Counted from the first letter of the stretch, positions 8,582 through 19,019 are shown. The stretch is DNA of 49,290 nucleotides from a virus (IMGVR_UViG_3300036796_000058:1-49290), one strand, 5' to 3'. Made by a program: numbers and translations. Notes: generated by a model from the sequence alone, not told the origin.

Positions 8582-10423
8582 TTACCTCGGAGTCACATAG
8601 ATGCCTTTAACCTGCGCGCTGATATCTGAGCCAGGCATCTGGTTAATATCGAGTTTGATGGTAGTGCGGGCTTCATCTCCGGCTTTCGCAAGATTTCCCC
8701 GAGCTTCAGACAGCTGCCACATGATGCCAGGGTGCTGATCTATACCGCCTTCAACTTTTGGCAGGATCTTAATCAGGTAATCGACCGTTTCTTTTTTGAG
8801 GCTGAGGTTACCGTCTTTGTCTATACGCCCGCCGTTGTACTGAGTGAGCGATTTTGCGATATCACCGTTATATCGCTTCATGTTGTCCTGTAGGTATTTT
8901 GCCGCCGCAGCCGTGGACTTATTGGGATCGAAAACATCGTCACCCTCTAATCCGTAACTCTTCGCAGTACTTGGAATAAACTGGAACAATCCAGCCGCGC
9001 CAGATTTTTTATTAATTACCAGCGGATTCCATGAGGATTCTTTTTCAGCAATTGCCGTCATCAAACCGGCAGGCAGGCCAGCAGCGTCATTCATCTGCCG
9101 GACAAACCCCTGGATATTCCCTTTAAGCCCGTCGGGCATCTGGTATTTTTTGCGAGCGGCCTCCTCCGTAAATATGCCGGTATATTTGTTAGTCATGGGG
9201 TTCGCACCAGGAAGATTTCCCCCCAGATATTTATCTCCAAATTTTACCAGCGCGGGATCTGCCCCCTCCTTTCCTGTTCCGGTACCGCTTAAATCTACTC
9301 CCGGTACGTTTCCCGCAATCCACTTAATCGCTTGGCCCAGCACTTCCACGATGGTCTTAACACAGTCTGCAAAGGTCTTTAAATCGTTCTGGAAATCATC
9401 CCCTCCCAGCCAGTTAGCAACCTTTTCAATGCCGCTGGCCAGCGTATCGAAAAGCGCCCTGCCATTTTTACCGCTGATAAATTTCTGAATGCTGGCCGTG
9501 AGGTTGTCAGATAGCTGGGTAATTGGCCCATTCAACCGGCTGAGCGCTTTCAGGAAGGTATTGCCAATCTGATCGGCGTTATACGAGAAGTTTGAGTAGA
9601 CGCGCTGGTAACTCTCCTGTGTGCCGCTACCCATTTGCGAATCCAGTCGCTTTGACTGCTCGCTGTACTGCTGGTTGAGCTGCGGCAAGCGATCGCTATT
9701 TGCGAGCAGCTGGTTCGCCGTCGTGCTGTCAATAAGGCTTCCTAGCCCCATTCCGTTAAGAACCGATTGTGTTACGCCAGTTCCTTTGTACTGCTGGAGC
9801 AAATCAGCAACACGGGACAGTAGCTTGGGCATGTTATCCGAGGCCCCGTCCTGCGGGTTTATTCCCAGGCCAATCAGCCCGGCATAAGCAGGGTTTTGTG
9901 GGTCATTTTGCGCTGCAGCGAGGTTCTGCAAGATATTTCCTGCGCCGGAAAATCGCGTGCCGTAAACGTTCTTTGCCGCCTGCATCTGGCCGGTAGTCAC
10001 GTTCATGCCCTGGCTGGATTTATAGTTGTCAGAAACCGAGCGCGCCAGCAGGCTGTAGCCAAACGGCCCTGCCACGCTCAGGGCCGCTACTTTAGCGCCC
10101 CATGACAGCGTTGTGGTAAACAGCCCTTTCAGCGTGCTGGTTGTCGCGCTGAGCGTCTTATTTATCAGCCCGAACGTCTTGAGTGTTCCCTGGGCCTCCT
10201 TGTTCAGGTTTTTGAGGAATTTGTCAAAGCCGGATTCCTGCTTACCGCCTGGCTGCTTTTTCTCCTGATCGGTACCGGGAATTGGCGGCGGCGGCATCTT
10301 TGCAGGAAATCCACCCGGCCCAACTCCAAACGCAGCTTTAAATTTTTCACTAATTTCGTTTAGTTGACGAATTTTCTCTTCGTCGATATCGAGAGTAAGA
10401 ACGGGGAGTTGGTTGCCGGACAT
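8582..10423 (-). CDS. Tape measure protein with C-terminal lytic transglycosylase (SLT) domain
   Basis: Helical A/G/Q-rich body; KESSWNP, GAAGLFQF, YNGG motifs; start MSGNQLP at 10423 via TGATG overlap. Confidence 0.85.
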   Translation of the reverse strand: MSGNQLPVLTLDIDEEKIRQLNEISEKFKAAFGVGPGGFPAKMPPPPIPGTDQEKKQPGGKQESGFDKFLKNLNKEAQGTLKTFGLINKTLSATTSTLKGLFTTTLSWGAKVAALSVAGPFGYSLLARSVSDNYKSSQGMNVTTGQMQAAKNVYGTRFSGAGNILQNLAAAQNDPQNPAYAGLIGLGINPQDGASDNMPKLLSRVADLLQQYKGTGVTQSVLNGMGLGSLIDSTTANQLLANSDRLPQLNQQYSEQSKRLDSQMGSGTQESYQRVYSNFSYNADQIGNTFLKALSRLNGPITQLSDNLTASIQKFISGKNGRALFDTLASGIEKVANWLGGDDFQNDLKTFADCVKTIVEVLGQAIKWIAGNVPGVDLSGTGTGKEGADPALVKFGDKYLGGNLPGANPMTNKYTGIFTEEAARKKYQMPDGLKGNIQGFVRQMNDAAGLPAGLMTAIAEKESSWNPLVINKKSGAAGLFQFIPSTAKSYGLEGDDVFDPNKSTAAAAKYLQDNMKRYNGDIAKSLTQYNGGRIDKDGNLSLKKETVDYLIKILPKVEGGIDQHPGIMWQLSEARGNLAKAGDEARTTIKLDINQMPGSDISAQVKGIYVTPR

Positions 10424-10722
10424 CAAAATACTCCTGGCGGTTTCGGCGGTTGGCACCTGAGCAGGTCGCGCAGCTGTGCCGCCGTTTTAAGGTTTATCCC
10501 GGTATCAAGGAAGAGTTCGGGGAAGCCGATTCCTGAACAGTAGTCGAGGATGTCACTGACGACGTGCTCTCCGTCTCGCCAGAACTGGCGGGTGGCTTCG
10601 ATGTCACTAATGAATCGATCCATGCCGTAAGGCCCAATGATGTCGTGGCACTGTCCCACAGACCAGCGACCGCTTGCATCAACCCCCTCGCCTGATCCGG
10701 TTTGTTTATCGCAGAGACGCAT
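10423..10722 (-). CDS. Probable -1 frameshift extension of the tail assembly chaperone (gpGT-like)
   Basis: -1 frame relative to 10494-11123; its stop overlaps the tape measure start. Confidence 0.5.
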   Translation of the reverse strand: MRLCDKQTGSGEGVDASGRWSVGQCHDIIGPYGMDRFISDIEATRQFWRDGEHVVSDILDYCSGIGFPELFLDTGINLKTAAQLRDLLRCQPPKPPGVF

Positions 10723-11123
10723 GTAAAAAAAACGAGTTCGCCTATCACGTCATCCAGCTCAACGATCCCGCTATCAAGCGCAACATCCAGCGGCTTTGTA
10801 TCCCACCCTTTTCCCTCAACTGGATACACGAAGTTTGAGAGGCGAATAATTTCCGTAACGAGGGTATTACGGACGCCGGCGTCTCCTTCCCAGATATTTT
10901 TATTGGTCGCAATGCGCTCGAGCATCAGATAAGCGATACGGGGGCCAACAACAACGCCGAGTCCCTCGTCAAAAATATTGGCAAAAGTTTTGCTTAGAAT
11001 AAAAAAATGTTCTTTGTAGACTTCCTTCGAAATCGGGGTCGAGTGAATGTAGGCGGTGCCGCGCTCGGTTTCCACCGGCACAATAAGGTTCATAGATCGA
11101 TTAATTTTCATTAAATATCCCAC
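10494..11123 (-). CDS. Tail assembly chaperone (gpG-like)
   Basis: Between tube and tape measure; likely start MKINRS near 11111; S/T-rich tail typical of an overlapped frame. Confidence 0.7.
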   Translation of the reverse strand: MGYLMKINRSMNLIVPVETERGTAYIHSTPISKEVYKEHFFILSKTFANIFDEGLGVVVGPRIAYLMLERIATNKNIWEGDAGVRNTLVTEIIRLSNFVYPVEGKGWDTKPLDVALDSGIVELDDVIGELVFFTCVSAINKPDQARGLMQAVAGLWDSATTSLGLTAWIDSLVTSKPPASSGETESTSSVTSSTTVQESASPNSSLIPG

Positions 11124-11551
11124 ATAGCGGAGTTGACGAAATAAGTGCCGGTAATCGTCAGTACGACGCCCGGATCCCCGCCAGCGAAGTTCATATCGCC
11201 GACATTCGTTATTGCACTGTTCGTCATATCAAATTCCCCGAACGTGCTGCTGTCAGTGTAGAGGCGTACGTCACCCAGCAACGCATCGACTTCCCACTGT
11301 TTTTTATACTGAGCACCGAGAGCCTGGCTGCGCAGCAGGTGAATTTTTGCCTGCACCTGGATATAGGGTTGAGGCGACTGCACAACGCCCGTCATCGCCG
11401 GGAGCGGCTGCACTAATTCCCCCTGAAATACCAGCTCAACACCTTCTTTCGCCAGATACGATGCGGATACATTCAGCTCCGGGTGTTGAGTAAACTTGGC
11501 ACTGGCACGGACGCGGTTGAGAACACCGGGTGAAATCATTGGATTTGGCAC
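11111..11551 (-). CDS. Tail tube protein
   Basis: 146 aa directly after the sheath; probable GTG start with AGGAG RBS. Confidence 0.75.
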   Translation of the reverse strand: MPNPMISPGVLNRVRASAKFTQHPELNVSASYLAKEGVELVFQGELVQPLPAMTGVVQSPQPYIQVQAKIHLLRSQALGAQYKKQWEVDALLGDVRLYTDSSTFGEFDMTNSAITNVGDMNFAGGDPGVVLTITGTYFVNSAMWDI

Positions 11552-11565
11552 TGTTCAACTCCTTT

Positions 11566-12894
11566 TTATGACAGCTGCATTGTCACGTTTATGTTGAAGA
11601 TAATTTCTACGAAACCACGCATTGGCGTATAAGTGGCCGACAGGCCTGCATAGCGTCCAATGCCGTAATCGTTCGGGTTGTTTTTGACGTAGGTTTTGAA
11701 CGGCACCGCGTCCACAGGCGTTTGCCCGTTCACCAGCCCGTACGCTACGCCGGTGTTGAATACGCCCTGCGCCACCATTTGCAGACGGTCAATACCATCC
11801 TGGTTGTAATACAGCGGGTTGATGGGATTGTTGCTGCCGTTAATCACCGCGTTCGCGAGCATCATGTCCACGTTGATTTGAACCCAGTCCACTGAGTACC
11901 AATACGTCATGTCGTTGCCGTCTCCCGTCACGCCCAGCACCAGGATTGTGTTCGCAATGCCACCTTCTGCGCCGGTACCGACGTAGTTGATATTTTGCTG
12001 TGTCATCGTTGTCAGGATTGAGGATTTGGCTTGACTGGCGTTAACCGCTTGCAGGAAGCGGAATGCCATCGGCGGAACTTTGTTGATTTCGGACGGGGAC
12101 GCAGAGACAAAATTCCACATCGTCGCCGCCGCCGCATTCGTTACCGGATAACTATCATCGCAAACGGCAATAATCGACTTAATATTGTCGTACGGCGTGA
12201 TGTAATTCGTATCAGAAGGGGCGCCCGTTAAAGTGAAAAAGTATTGCTTTGCCTCATTCCCAGCATAGAGCTTTGCCAGCGTGATAAATTCAGGATCTGC
12301 GTCCCATGCATAAGGCGTCAAATAGGCGTAAAAACGTATCAAAGGCTCTTCGATATAAGCCTTTAGCGCGGCAACTTCATCGGTCGCCCGGTACCGCTGG
12401 AAACCCAGCTCGAGAATATAGACGCCGACAGAGTTACCTTGAGCAAAGAATGTATTTACCGCGGTAACAAGGTTTTGGCTGCCAGGCAATGTAAAAACGC
12501 CAAGCGTGGTAGGTTCGCCGTCAATAGTCCCATCAGGGATGGTCCATCTCAGCGTGTTTTCTTCCCACAATTGCGCAATATACGTACCATTCCATGCTGC
12601 CGGGGAACAGCCGCTAACGGTAATCTCAAACTCCGTATCAACATCATAGTTCAACGCGGCATCATCCGGAAACGTCATAGTGACCTCTGAGCCGTACGAA
12701 GCCAGCTCAGCAGACATTGAAGTTATCGGGATTTGTACCAAATCGTTAATTTCAGAATTCTGGGTGATAAGTACAGGCTTCCCTGGCTCCTGGGTAGTTG
12801 AACCGAAAGAAAGGATCGCTGCCATTTGCTGCAAATTAGAGGGCGTCGCGCCGATTGTCTGCGAAACGTTAACCGTGACGATGTTGTAAGCCAT
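11566..12894 (-). CDS. Tail sheath protein (DUF3383-like)
   Basis: 442 aa; YSVDWVQIN and PLYYNQDGIDRL C-terminal motifs; order before tube. Confidence 0.8.
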   Translation of the reverse strand: MAYNIVTVNVSQTIGATPSNLQQMAAILSFGSTTQEPGKPVLITQNSEINDLVQIPITSMSAELASYGSEVTMTFPDDAALNYDVDTEFEITVSGCSPAAWNGTYIAQLWEENTLRWTIPDGTIDGEPTTLGVFTLPGSQNLVTAVNTFFAQGNSVGVYILELGFQRYRATDEVAALKAYIEEPLIRFYAYLTPYAWDADPEFITLAKLYAGNEAKQYFFTLTGAPSDTNYITPYDNIKSIIAVCDDSYPVTNAAAATMWNFVSASPSEINKVPPMAFRFLQAVNASQAKSSILTTMTQQNINYVGTGAEGGIANTILVLGVTGDGNDMTYWYSVDWVQINVDMMLANAVINGSNNPINPLYYNQDGIDRLQMVAQGVFNTGVAYGLVNGQTPVDAVPFKTYVKNNPNDYGIGRYAGLSATYTPMRGFVEIIFNINVTMQLS

Positions 12895-13838
12895 TATTTG
12901 ACCTCGTAATTAAAGATGACTTCTTTTATAAGTTGCCGGGAAATATCGCGCGCCGTCAGTTGGTAATAGTTGACGTCGAAATCGATAATTTTATTTTTCG
13001 CCAGGGCGTTAATTTCCACCTGGTTCACTTTGCCGTCGCTCACTACCGGAATGTTTGTGATACCGAACTGCTCATCGTCTAGCGCTGTTTCAACCACATA
13101 ATCCATGAAGCTCAGCGCGTCGTTATTGCTGAATCCGTAGAGCGTCAGGCGAACCCTGTCCTGCACAAACTGGTAGCGTTCACCGGCACTGGTCCGGGAC
13201 GTCATCTGCAGTGCGTTGGTGTCACGTACATCAGCAACGATGTACCTGGTCTTGAGGTTTGACGGGGACAGAAACGAAGGATAAACGGTGGCAAATTGCT
13301 TCATGGCCAGCCAGATGGGCGTGCTGTTTGAGAGGATTAGCTCATCAGAAATATCAGCCGCGTCATCGATGATTTGCGAACGCATGGTTGGCAAAATTGC
13401 CGTGCCGCGATAGTGGTAAATACCGGCCTGCGAATATCGGCTCTCCATGCGTGAGAAAGCAAACTGCGTGCCTGCATACTCACCGAGATAAATCGCGTTA
13501 GGATCCTCAACGTTGAAATCATCGATTTGCTCAACAGGCGTGAAAATGATGCTATTTACCGACCGGGAAACCGTTGCAGACTGCTCGGTCACCACCTGCC
13601 GGTGCAGACTCCCTTTAACTGCAACGGTGTGGGGAATATCAATAGCCAGCCGTGCCAGTTCATCGGGGTGGAGTATTGCAGCGTTAATCCAGTACACGAA
13701 ACCATCCAGCGGCAGCACCTGTTTCACGTATAAGCGAAAGGTGATTTCCTGCCCTGATGAGATAGTTTCGACTGCTGTCTGGAGAACCGTAGCAAGCTGT
13801 GAGCCGGTATTTTCGGCCAGTTCATCAAGACTCGGCAT
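12894..13838 (-). CDS. Neck/tail-completion protein, possibly a two-domain fusion
   Basis: 314 aa between neck genes and sheath. Confidence 0.55.
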   Translation of the reverse strand: MPSLDELAENTGSQLATVLQTAVETISSGQEITFRLYVKQVLPLDGFVYWINAAILHPDELARLAIDIPHTVAVKGSLHRQVVTEQSATVSRSVNSIIFTPVEQIDDFNVEDPNAIYLGEYAGTQFAFSRMESRYSQAGIYHYRGTAILPTMRSQIIDDAADISDELILSNSTPIWLAMKQFATVYPSFLSPSNLKTRYIVADVRDTNALQMTSRTSAGERYQFVQDRVRLTLYGFSNNDALSFMDYVVETALDDEQFGITNIPVVSDGKVNQVEINALAKNKIIDFDVNYYQLTARDISRQLIKEVIFNYEVK

Positions 13839-14253
13839 CGTTATCTATCCAAGCAACAAAAGAGGATTTGAAAAGCCCGCCATCAATGAATGACGGACGT
13901 CGATCGCCACGCTCCTGTTTCAGGCGGGAGTTTTTACCTTCCAGCGCGGCATGCGTTGGGACGCCATCGACGGACAGACCGGCCATCTCTTCACGCTCGA
14001 GGAAAATATTGAACGATTGCATGGTTTCCCCCAACAGCTCGCCGCTGGTCAGCGGTGCGCCATGCTGGATATGGTTGATGATGGAATACGCCAGCGCCTC
14101 CCCGACCTCCGGAATAATGGTTTCCCGATGCTCATCCCAGAAGTGAGTGAAGATCTGGTATCTGTCCTGGAGGCCCTCGGCTACTTCATAGGTCGTGGCA
14201 GATGTGTCGCCGTAGTCGTACGGAATATCGATGACCCCCAGGCAGACTTTCAC
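13825..14253 (-). CDS. Neck protein
   Basis: RPSFIDGG motif; position. Confidence 0.55.
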   Translation of the reverse strand: MKVCLGVIDIPYDYGDTSATTYEVAEGLQDRYQIFTHFWDEHRETIIPEVGEALAYSIINHIQHGAPLTSGELLGETMQSFNIFLEREEMAGLSVDGVPTHAALEGKNSRLKQERGDRRPSFIDGGLFKSSFVAWIDNDAES

Positions 14254-14702
14254 GGCGTGTACCCCCAGACAGGCCCCAACTCCATCAAAACGGCAATCAC
14301 CTGACGCCCATAAGGGTCTTGCATCATCATCAGGTCGGCGAGCGTGAGATTGCTCATTGCATCTCCGATGACAATTGACCCAGACGTGCCCTGATCGGAA
14401 GCCGACGACATAAGACCAGTGATCAGTTTCCCGATCCCGAGCTTTTTCCGCGCATCGGCAAAATATGTGCTCGGCGGGGTGTCGTTGGCATAGTTCAGTA
14501 ACAGGGATGCACCGGCGTTATAAACCGTGTTCTTGTAGATGGTTGGCAACCGACATAGCCCCATGCCGACATTCACCAATTCAAGCGCGGCGTCATAACA
14601 GCATCTGAGTGTTAGTGAATTATCAGGTATTTCACTGGCCGGGACGCCCATCACATCACGAACGAAACCGATGAATCCCTCGAACGTCGGGCGCAGGGTC
14701 AT
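14250..14702 (-). CDS. Head-tail adaptor (DUF4054-like)
   Basis: C-terminal QDPYGRQ motif; position after capsid genes. Confidence 0.6.
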   Translation of the reverse strand: MTLRPTFEGFIGFVRDVMGVPASEIPDNSLTLRCCYDAALELVNVGMGLCRLPTIYKNTVYNAGASLLLNYANDTPPSTYFADARKKLGIGKLITGLMSSASDQGTSGSIVIGDAMSNLTLADLMMMQDPYGRQVIAVLMELGPVWGYTP

Positions 14703-15172
14703 TACTTACCTACCTTCACGGTTTTTTTCAGCGACGGGGCATTGTCCTGTTCGTCGTTGACAGGCTCACCGACGATTTCCACCTGCAGCCCGTCATCAAT
14801 CGGTTTTTCACCCGTTTTGAGCACTTCATTTTTGATGGTGTTATTAATTGATACGGCGGTGGCTTCAAGAATTTCCTGAGACATATTTTCAAGATTTTCA
14901 GTTTTCTGCTCTGCGCCGCCGTCAATAGCGCCGAGCGTGACCACTTTGTCGATGGAATAGCAGATCCCCGAAAATTTCTTATCGACTTTGCGGCAATCCT
15001 GAAAACCGTAAGGCTCATGTTGTTTGATGATGTGGTTAATAATGTCGGACTGGTTTTCAATCATGTGCTGATCACCAGGGCGGATCGTGATCCCGAATGC
15101 CTGCGTTTTTTCCGGTAGTTTGTAGTTGAAGGTATGAGACTGGCGGGAGCAGTTAGCGATATAAAGTTTCAT
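14702..15172 (-). CDS. Hypothetical virion-region protein
   Basis: 156 aa with GAGG RBS between capsid and adaptor. Confidence 0.6.
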   Translation of the reverse strand: MKLYIANCSRQSHTFNYKLPEKTQAFGITIRPGDQHMIENQSDIINHIIKQHEPYGFQDCRKVDKKFSGICYSIDKVVTLGAIDGGAEQKTENLENMSQEILEATAVSINNTIKNEVLKTGEKPIDDGLQVEIVGEPVNDEQDNAPSLKKTVKVGK

Positions 15173-15183
15173 GAATTTACCTC

Positions 15184-15210
15184 AAAAAAACAGGGAGCAT
15201 TTGCCCCCCT
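15184..15210 (-). terminator. Probable intrinsic terminator after the major capsid gene
   Basis: Minus strand AGGGGGCA-AA-TGCTCCCT followed by GT7. Confidence 0.6.
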
Positions 15211-15240
15211 ATTCAAACAAAAATGACAGCGTGGATGTTT

Positions 15241-16266
15241 TTAATATTTCGCAGAAAGCAGAGTCACGCCCTCGGCACGGAAATTCCAACCCGGCGTGGA
15301 ACGCATGGTGTATAGCGTGGTTAAGCCGCCGTCCGGCATCGGTGACGGAATTTCCGTCGGCGCTGCCATATCGCAGAACATCACGTTCACGGCTTGCTGA
15401 TTCGGGGTCAGGGTCGCGAAAATGTTGGTGTTAATGTCCTGACGCGCGTCCGGCACAACCAGTTCAGGGTTGGTTATGACGATCAGATCTGTGCCACCAG
15501 CACCTTTGCCAATCAACGTGTCATCGGCGCAGAAAATCACGTCGTCGCCGCTGGCTTCATTGGCTATCGTTTTAATCATTGTCCCGACCGTTGCAGTACC
15601 GCCACCCGGACGCTGATAACTGGTCAGCTCTACAACGCCAGTCCACGCCAACGCTTGCAGGAAGCGCTGCGGGGCCAGAACGACTGTCGTAAGTGTCTGT
15701 CCGAGCAACATCATGCGGGTTTTCTGGCTGGCAATGAGACCGAGCATAAACTTCGCCATCTCTCCCGCATCCCAAGTGGTGTACGAGTCATTCCCCTGGC
15801 TGTCACTGCCCAGATTTGAGGTGATAGCGTTTGGTGAATTGGTGATTCCCTCATTGTTTGCGGCATTCACGCCGTAAAGCAGCATATTACGCAACTGCTG
15901 CGCATGCCCCTGACGGTTAGCAAGTCGCAACGCATCAACAAGCGAGTAACCCCAACGGCTCGCCGCGTCAGTATCGAGATAACTGTATTGGGAGCGGGTG
16001 GACATGCGATAGGTCATCATCTGATCGTACGATGGGACGATGCTGGAAGATGGTAGTTGTCCTGGCAGCGACTGCCCGACGTGCGCCTGCGTAGTGGCGC
16101 GTAAATATTTCTGGTAAACCACCAGATCACTGGATCCGATTTTTACCGCTGGGGCGCCGCCCGGCAGAATTTCGAATGCGCCGGACGCCATGCTGTACTG
16201 CATGACGACTTCCGGCAACATCATTGACGGCGATACTGTGGTGATCGCGGGTGCAAATGCGCTCAT
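15241..16266 (-). CDS. Major capsid protein (HK97 fold, DUF2184-like)
   Basis: 341 aa after protease and decoration genes; LLYGVNAANNEGITNSPN segment; AAGGAG RBS. Confidence 0.8.
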   Translation of the reverse strand: MSAFAPAITTVSPSMMLPEVVMQYSMASGAFEILPGGAPAVKIGSSDLVVYQKYLRATTQAHVGQSLPGQLPSSSIVPSYDQMMTYRMSTRSQYSYLDTDAASRWGYSLVDALRLANRQGHAQQLRNMLLYGVNAANNEGITNSPNAITSNLGSDSQGNDSYTTWDAGEMAKFMLGLIASQKTRMMLLGQTLTTVVLAPQRFLQALAWTGVVELTSYQRPGGGTATVGTMIKTIANEASGDDVIFCADDTLIGKGAGGTDLIVITNPELVVPDARQDINTNIFATLTPNQQAVNVMFCDMAAPTEIPSPMPDGGLTTLYTMRSTPGWNFRAEGVTLLSAKY

Positions 16267-16277
16267 TGATTAACTCC

Positions 16278-16898
16278 TTAAATTAAAAACAGGCCGCAAG
16301 GCTTATCAGTTGCCCAGACCATGTTGCCGTCAGTTTCTTTTTTCACTGTCAGGTTGCCCTGTTGTGAGACCATCAACAGTTTGATGTTCACTTTAGGGTT
16401 GCCGGATGTAGCGCTGGAATAGACATCAATGATGTTATTTTCCATGTCCCACACGAAACCGTCGGCTCCCACGGCATCGCTGCCAGTTGCCAGCGCAGCT
16501 ACCTCTGCGCTTATTGGCAGCGGTATACGTGCGTTAGAACCGATTCGGTAGTAGTGAACGGAACCGCCAGCGACATACAACGGCACGGAGTTGCTCGCTG
16601 TAGTGACGCCGTGGAACGCCTGATTGAATACCGTGAAAGCGTTGCAGACTGTGGCGGTCGCTTCTTTGACAAGAGAGCCGGCTACGTTCGTTTCGGTGGT
16701 GGCAACGCACTCCATCACACCTACGCCGCCCCACAGGAAACTTTCCTGCTCAGAGTCAATCTGACCGGAACATAACTGCAGGCGTACAGCCGGATCATCT
16801 TGCGCATCCCCCTGTGTCAGGCCGCGGGATTCAAGGTTGAAGCTGTTGGTGAACGCGCCCTGAGTTTTAAATGGCTGGAATGGAATAGTTGCTGTCAT
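16278..16898 (-). CDS. Head decoration/minor capsid protein
   Basis: 206 aa between protease/scaffold and capsid. Confidence 0.6.
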   Translation of the reverse strand: MTATIPFQPFKTQGAFTNSFNLESRGLTQGDAQDDPAVRLQLCSGQIDSEQESFLWGGVGVMECVATTETNVAGSLVKEATATVCNAFTVFNQAFHGVTTASNSVPLYVAGGSVHYYRIGSNARIPLPISAEVAALATGSDAVGADGFVWDMENNIIDVYSSATSGNPKVNIKLLMVSQQGNLTVKKETDGNMVWATDKPCGLFLI

Positions 16899-18205
16899 TT
16901 GCTCAGGCTCCCTGGCGTGTTGAATTTAACGAGGCGCTGCCCCGGCATTTTGAAAGGCGCAAGCCAGCTGTTCATATCGCCCACGTATTCCGTGATTTTT
17001 CGCCCTGCTTCATCACTGCGCACGCGCTTATGCAGCGCGCCAGGCGTGCTGGTCATATCGTTCTCAATGGTCTTTTTCGCCTCGTTGTAGATGGCGCTTT
17101 CAATCACTGAGAGTGTGGCTGAATCCGCGATTGCACGGATATCGACATCTTTGTGTTGTGGAGAATGTTTCTGCATCGCTATCAGCGCGCGTTTGCGATA
17201 GCCAAGTGGTGTTTCCCCTGATAGCGGTGCTGGCGCGCGTTGCCCGCAGGCGGTGTAAGCAGAGTCAGCTTTGGCCTGCGCGTCGGTCAGGTCGCAATCC
17301 GCTTTGCGTTGTTCCTCCTCGGCTTTGGCCTCATCAGCCTTGCGCTGCTCTTCTTCCTCTGCATCAGCTTTGGCCTGATCATCAGCTTTTTTTCTGGCTT
17401 CAGCTTCATCAGCCTTTTTTTGCTCTTCGGCAGCGGCGTCAGCTTTGGCTTTTTCATCCTGCTCTGCCTTTTCCTGATCAGCTTTTTTGGCTGCCACATC
17501 CGCATCGGCGCGCGCCTGAATGCCCTGTTCTAGCGAATCCATACGGGCTGAAAAAGTTTCAAGCTTTTTGCTCACCCCGCCGAACGCATCGCTTACGGCG
17601 TTTGCCAGAAGGGTTTTGAGTTGTTCTTCATCCATTTCTAAATCACCTATGTTGTTTGAAACCTCGACCCCAGCAGGGATCCCGTCTTTGTCCCACACGC
17701 CGAGCGTGCCGTGTTCCGCTGTTACTAAGGCAATATGGTCGATGAGATACGGCGTCCCCTCGATGAGGAAATTTGTATCTCCATCCATCGTTTCCACATT
17801 CCCGGATGCTTTGTTGAAGATGACCGAAGGGCTGGTGGATACCGTCTCTTCCACAATTTCCTCAACGATTTTTTCTACGTAGATTCGGACAATCGCCCAG
17901 ACTTCATCCCCCTTGATGTACGGCAGCATCACACTCCCAACGCTGCGTTTTAAGTAGTCCTCTTCGGTCAGAACTGCGTTTTCCGGATGATTAACCAGAA
18001 CCGGTAACCCATTGCAGCGACGTAAAAATTCATCATTCAGATAAATTTTCGGATCACGCCAAACATGCTCTTTTAGGCCGGTGCGGTAGGCCAGCCCGGT
18101 ACCAGTAATGCGCAGGTTAACCAGCCACATATTGGAGAACCGAAACGGAGATGGAACGGTGCCGTCTCGGATACGCTCAGCCACTTCAATTTCGGTTAAA
18201 TTCAC
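16895..18205 (-). CDS. Prohead protease-scaffold fusion (DUF2213-like)
   Basis: GLPVLVNHP and IDHIALV motifs, then a charged KAD-repeat coiled coil. Confidence 0.8.
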   Translation of the reverse strand: MNLTEIEVAERIRDGTVPSPFRFSNMWLVNLRITGTGLAYRTGLKEHVWRDPKIYLNDEFLRRCNGLPVLVNHPENAVLTEEDYLKRSVGSVMLPYIKGDEVWAIVRIYVEKIVEEIVEETVSTSPSVIFNKASGNVETMDGDTNFLIEGTPYLIDHIALVTAEHGTLGVWDKDGIPAGVEVSNNIGDLEMDEEQLKTLLANAVSDAFGGVSKKLETFSARMDSLEQGIQARADADVAAKKADQEKAEQDEKAKADAAAEEQKKADEAEARKKADDQAKADAEEEEQRKADEAKAEEEQRKADCDLTDAQAKADSAYTACGQRAPAPLSGETPLGYRKRALIAMQKHSPQHKDVDIRAIADSATLSVIESAIYNEAKKTIENDMTSTPGALHKRVRSDEAGRKITEYVGDMNSWLAPFKMPGQRLVKFNTPGSLSK

Positions 18206-19019
18206 GTTTTCCTTTCTCCGTTAAAAATTCGTCAGGCAGCTTCTGTGGCGCATAAATTGGGAATACCTGACAGCTGCAAAACACCTCTTCCGCAGCAGCG
18301 GTTATCTCGTCATAAAAGCCGTTTACTGGCTTGATTAACCCCTGCTGCACAGCCCATGAATCACGAACCAAATAAATCAGTTCGTCGCGTTCCTTGTGAT
18401 CTTCCCGGTAGTCATAGCCGGGACGCCGCCACGGTGAGTGCCAGCGAAAACCGATAGCCCCACCCTGTATTGCGAGGATGTATTTCACGTTGCTGGTGAG
18501 TTTGTGGCCCTGGTCGATGGCGACTCTCCGGCTGATAAAATTCAGGTCAGTAATGGATTTTTTTATTTCCGCTTTCTGTCCGTTTTTATCAATGCTACTC
18601 ACTCCATCTGGAGGGATTGACGACACCCAGCCTTCAAAGCGCTGTACGGTGCGTTCAATGGCCTGTTCGCGGTTGAGTTTGATCAGGTTGGCACTCGCAA
18701 AAATCCGCCGGTCTAATTCCTTTCGGAGATCGGGTTTTATTTTGTCGAGCGTGACTTTTTTGGGACCATTTGCGGGCTGTTCTCTCAATGCCCCCCCGTC
18801 AATGACCAGGCGGCTGTAAATTGAGGTGAGGTGTTTACGTGCAATATTGTCGTTCGGTGCTTCCCTGCTGGCGGCAACCCGTAATCTTCGGCTCCAGTCG
18901 AGCAGCGATTTTTGCGAATCCCAGCCTCGATCAACATAATGGTTAACTGCCTCGGTCAGCACCTCATACAGCGTTTTATTCTTCCTCTTCGACGGTTGGG
19001 AGGTTCGTTTGTCCGCCAT
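18186..19019 (-). CDS. Head morphogenesis protein (Mu gpF/SPP1 gp7-like)
   Basis: After portal; YREDHKERD and FCSCQ motifs. Confidence 0.7.
   Translation of the reverse strand: MADKRTSQPSKRKNKTLYEVLTEAVNHYVDRGWDSQKSLLDWSRRLRVAASREAPNDNIARKHLTSIYSRLVIDGGALREQPANGPKKVTLDKIKPDLRKELDRRIFASANLIKLNREQAIERTVQRFEGWVSSIPPDGVSSIDKNGQKAEIKKSITDLNFISRRVAIDQGHKLTSNVKYILAIQGGAIGFRWHSPWRRPGYDYREDHKERDELIYLVRDSWAVQQGLIKPVNGFYDEITAAAEEVFCSCQVFPIYAPQKLPDEFLTEKGKREFNRN

Noticed and set aside
15241-16266. Encapsulin/linocin-like nanocompartment
   Set aside because: Sits in a full terminase-portal-protease-neck-tail context, so it is the phage major capsid protein
17260-17510. Tandem DNA repeats resembling an array (TCAGCTTT/TCAGCCTT)
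   Set aside because: They encode the KAD-rich coiled coil of the scaffold region; no constant repeat-spacer structure, so not CRISPR
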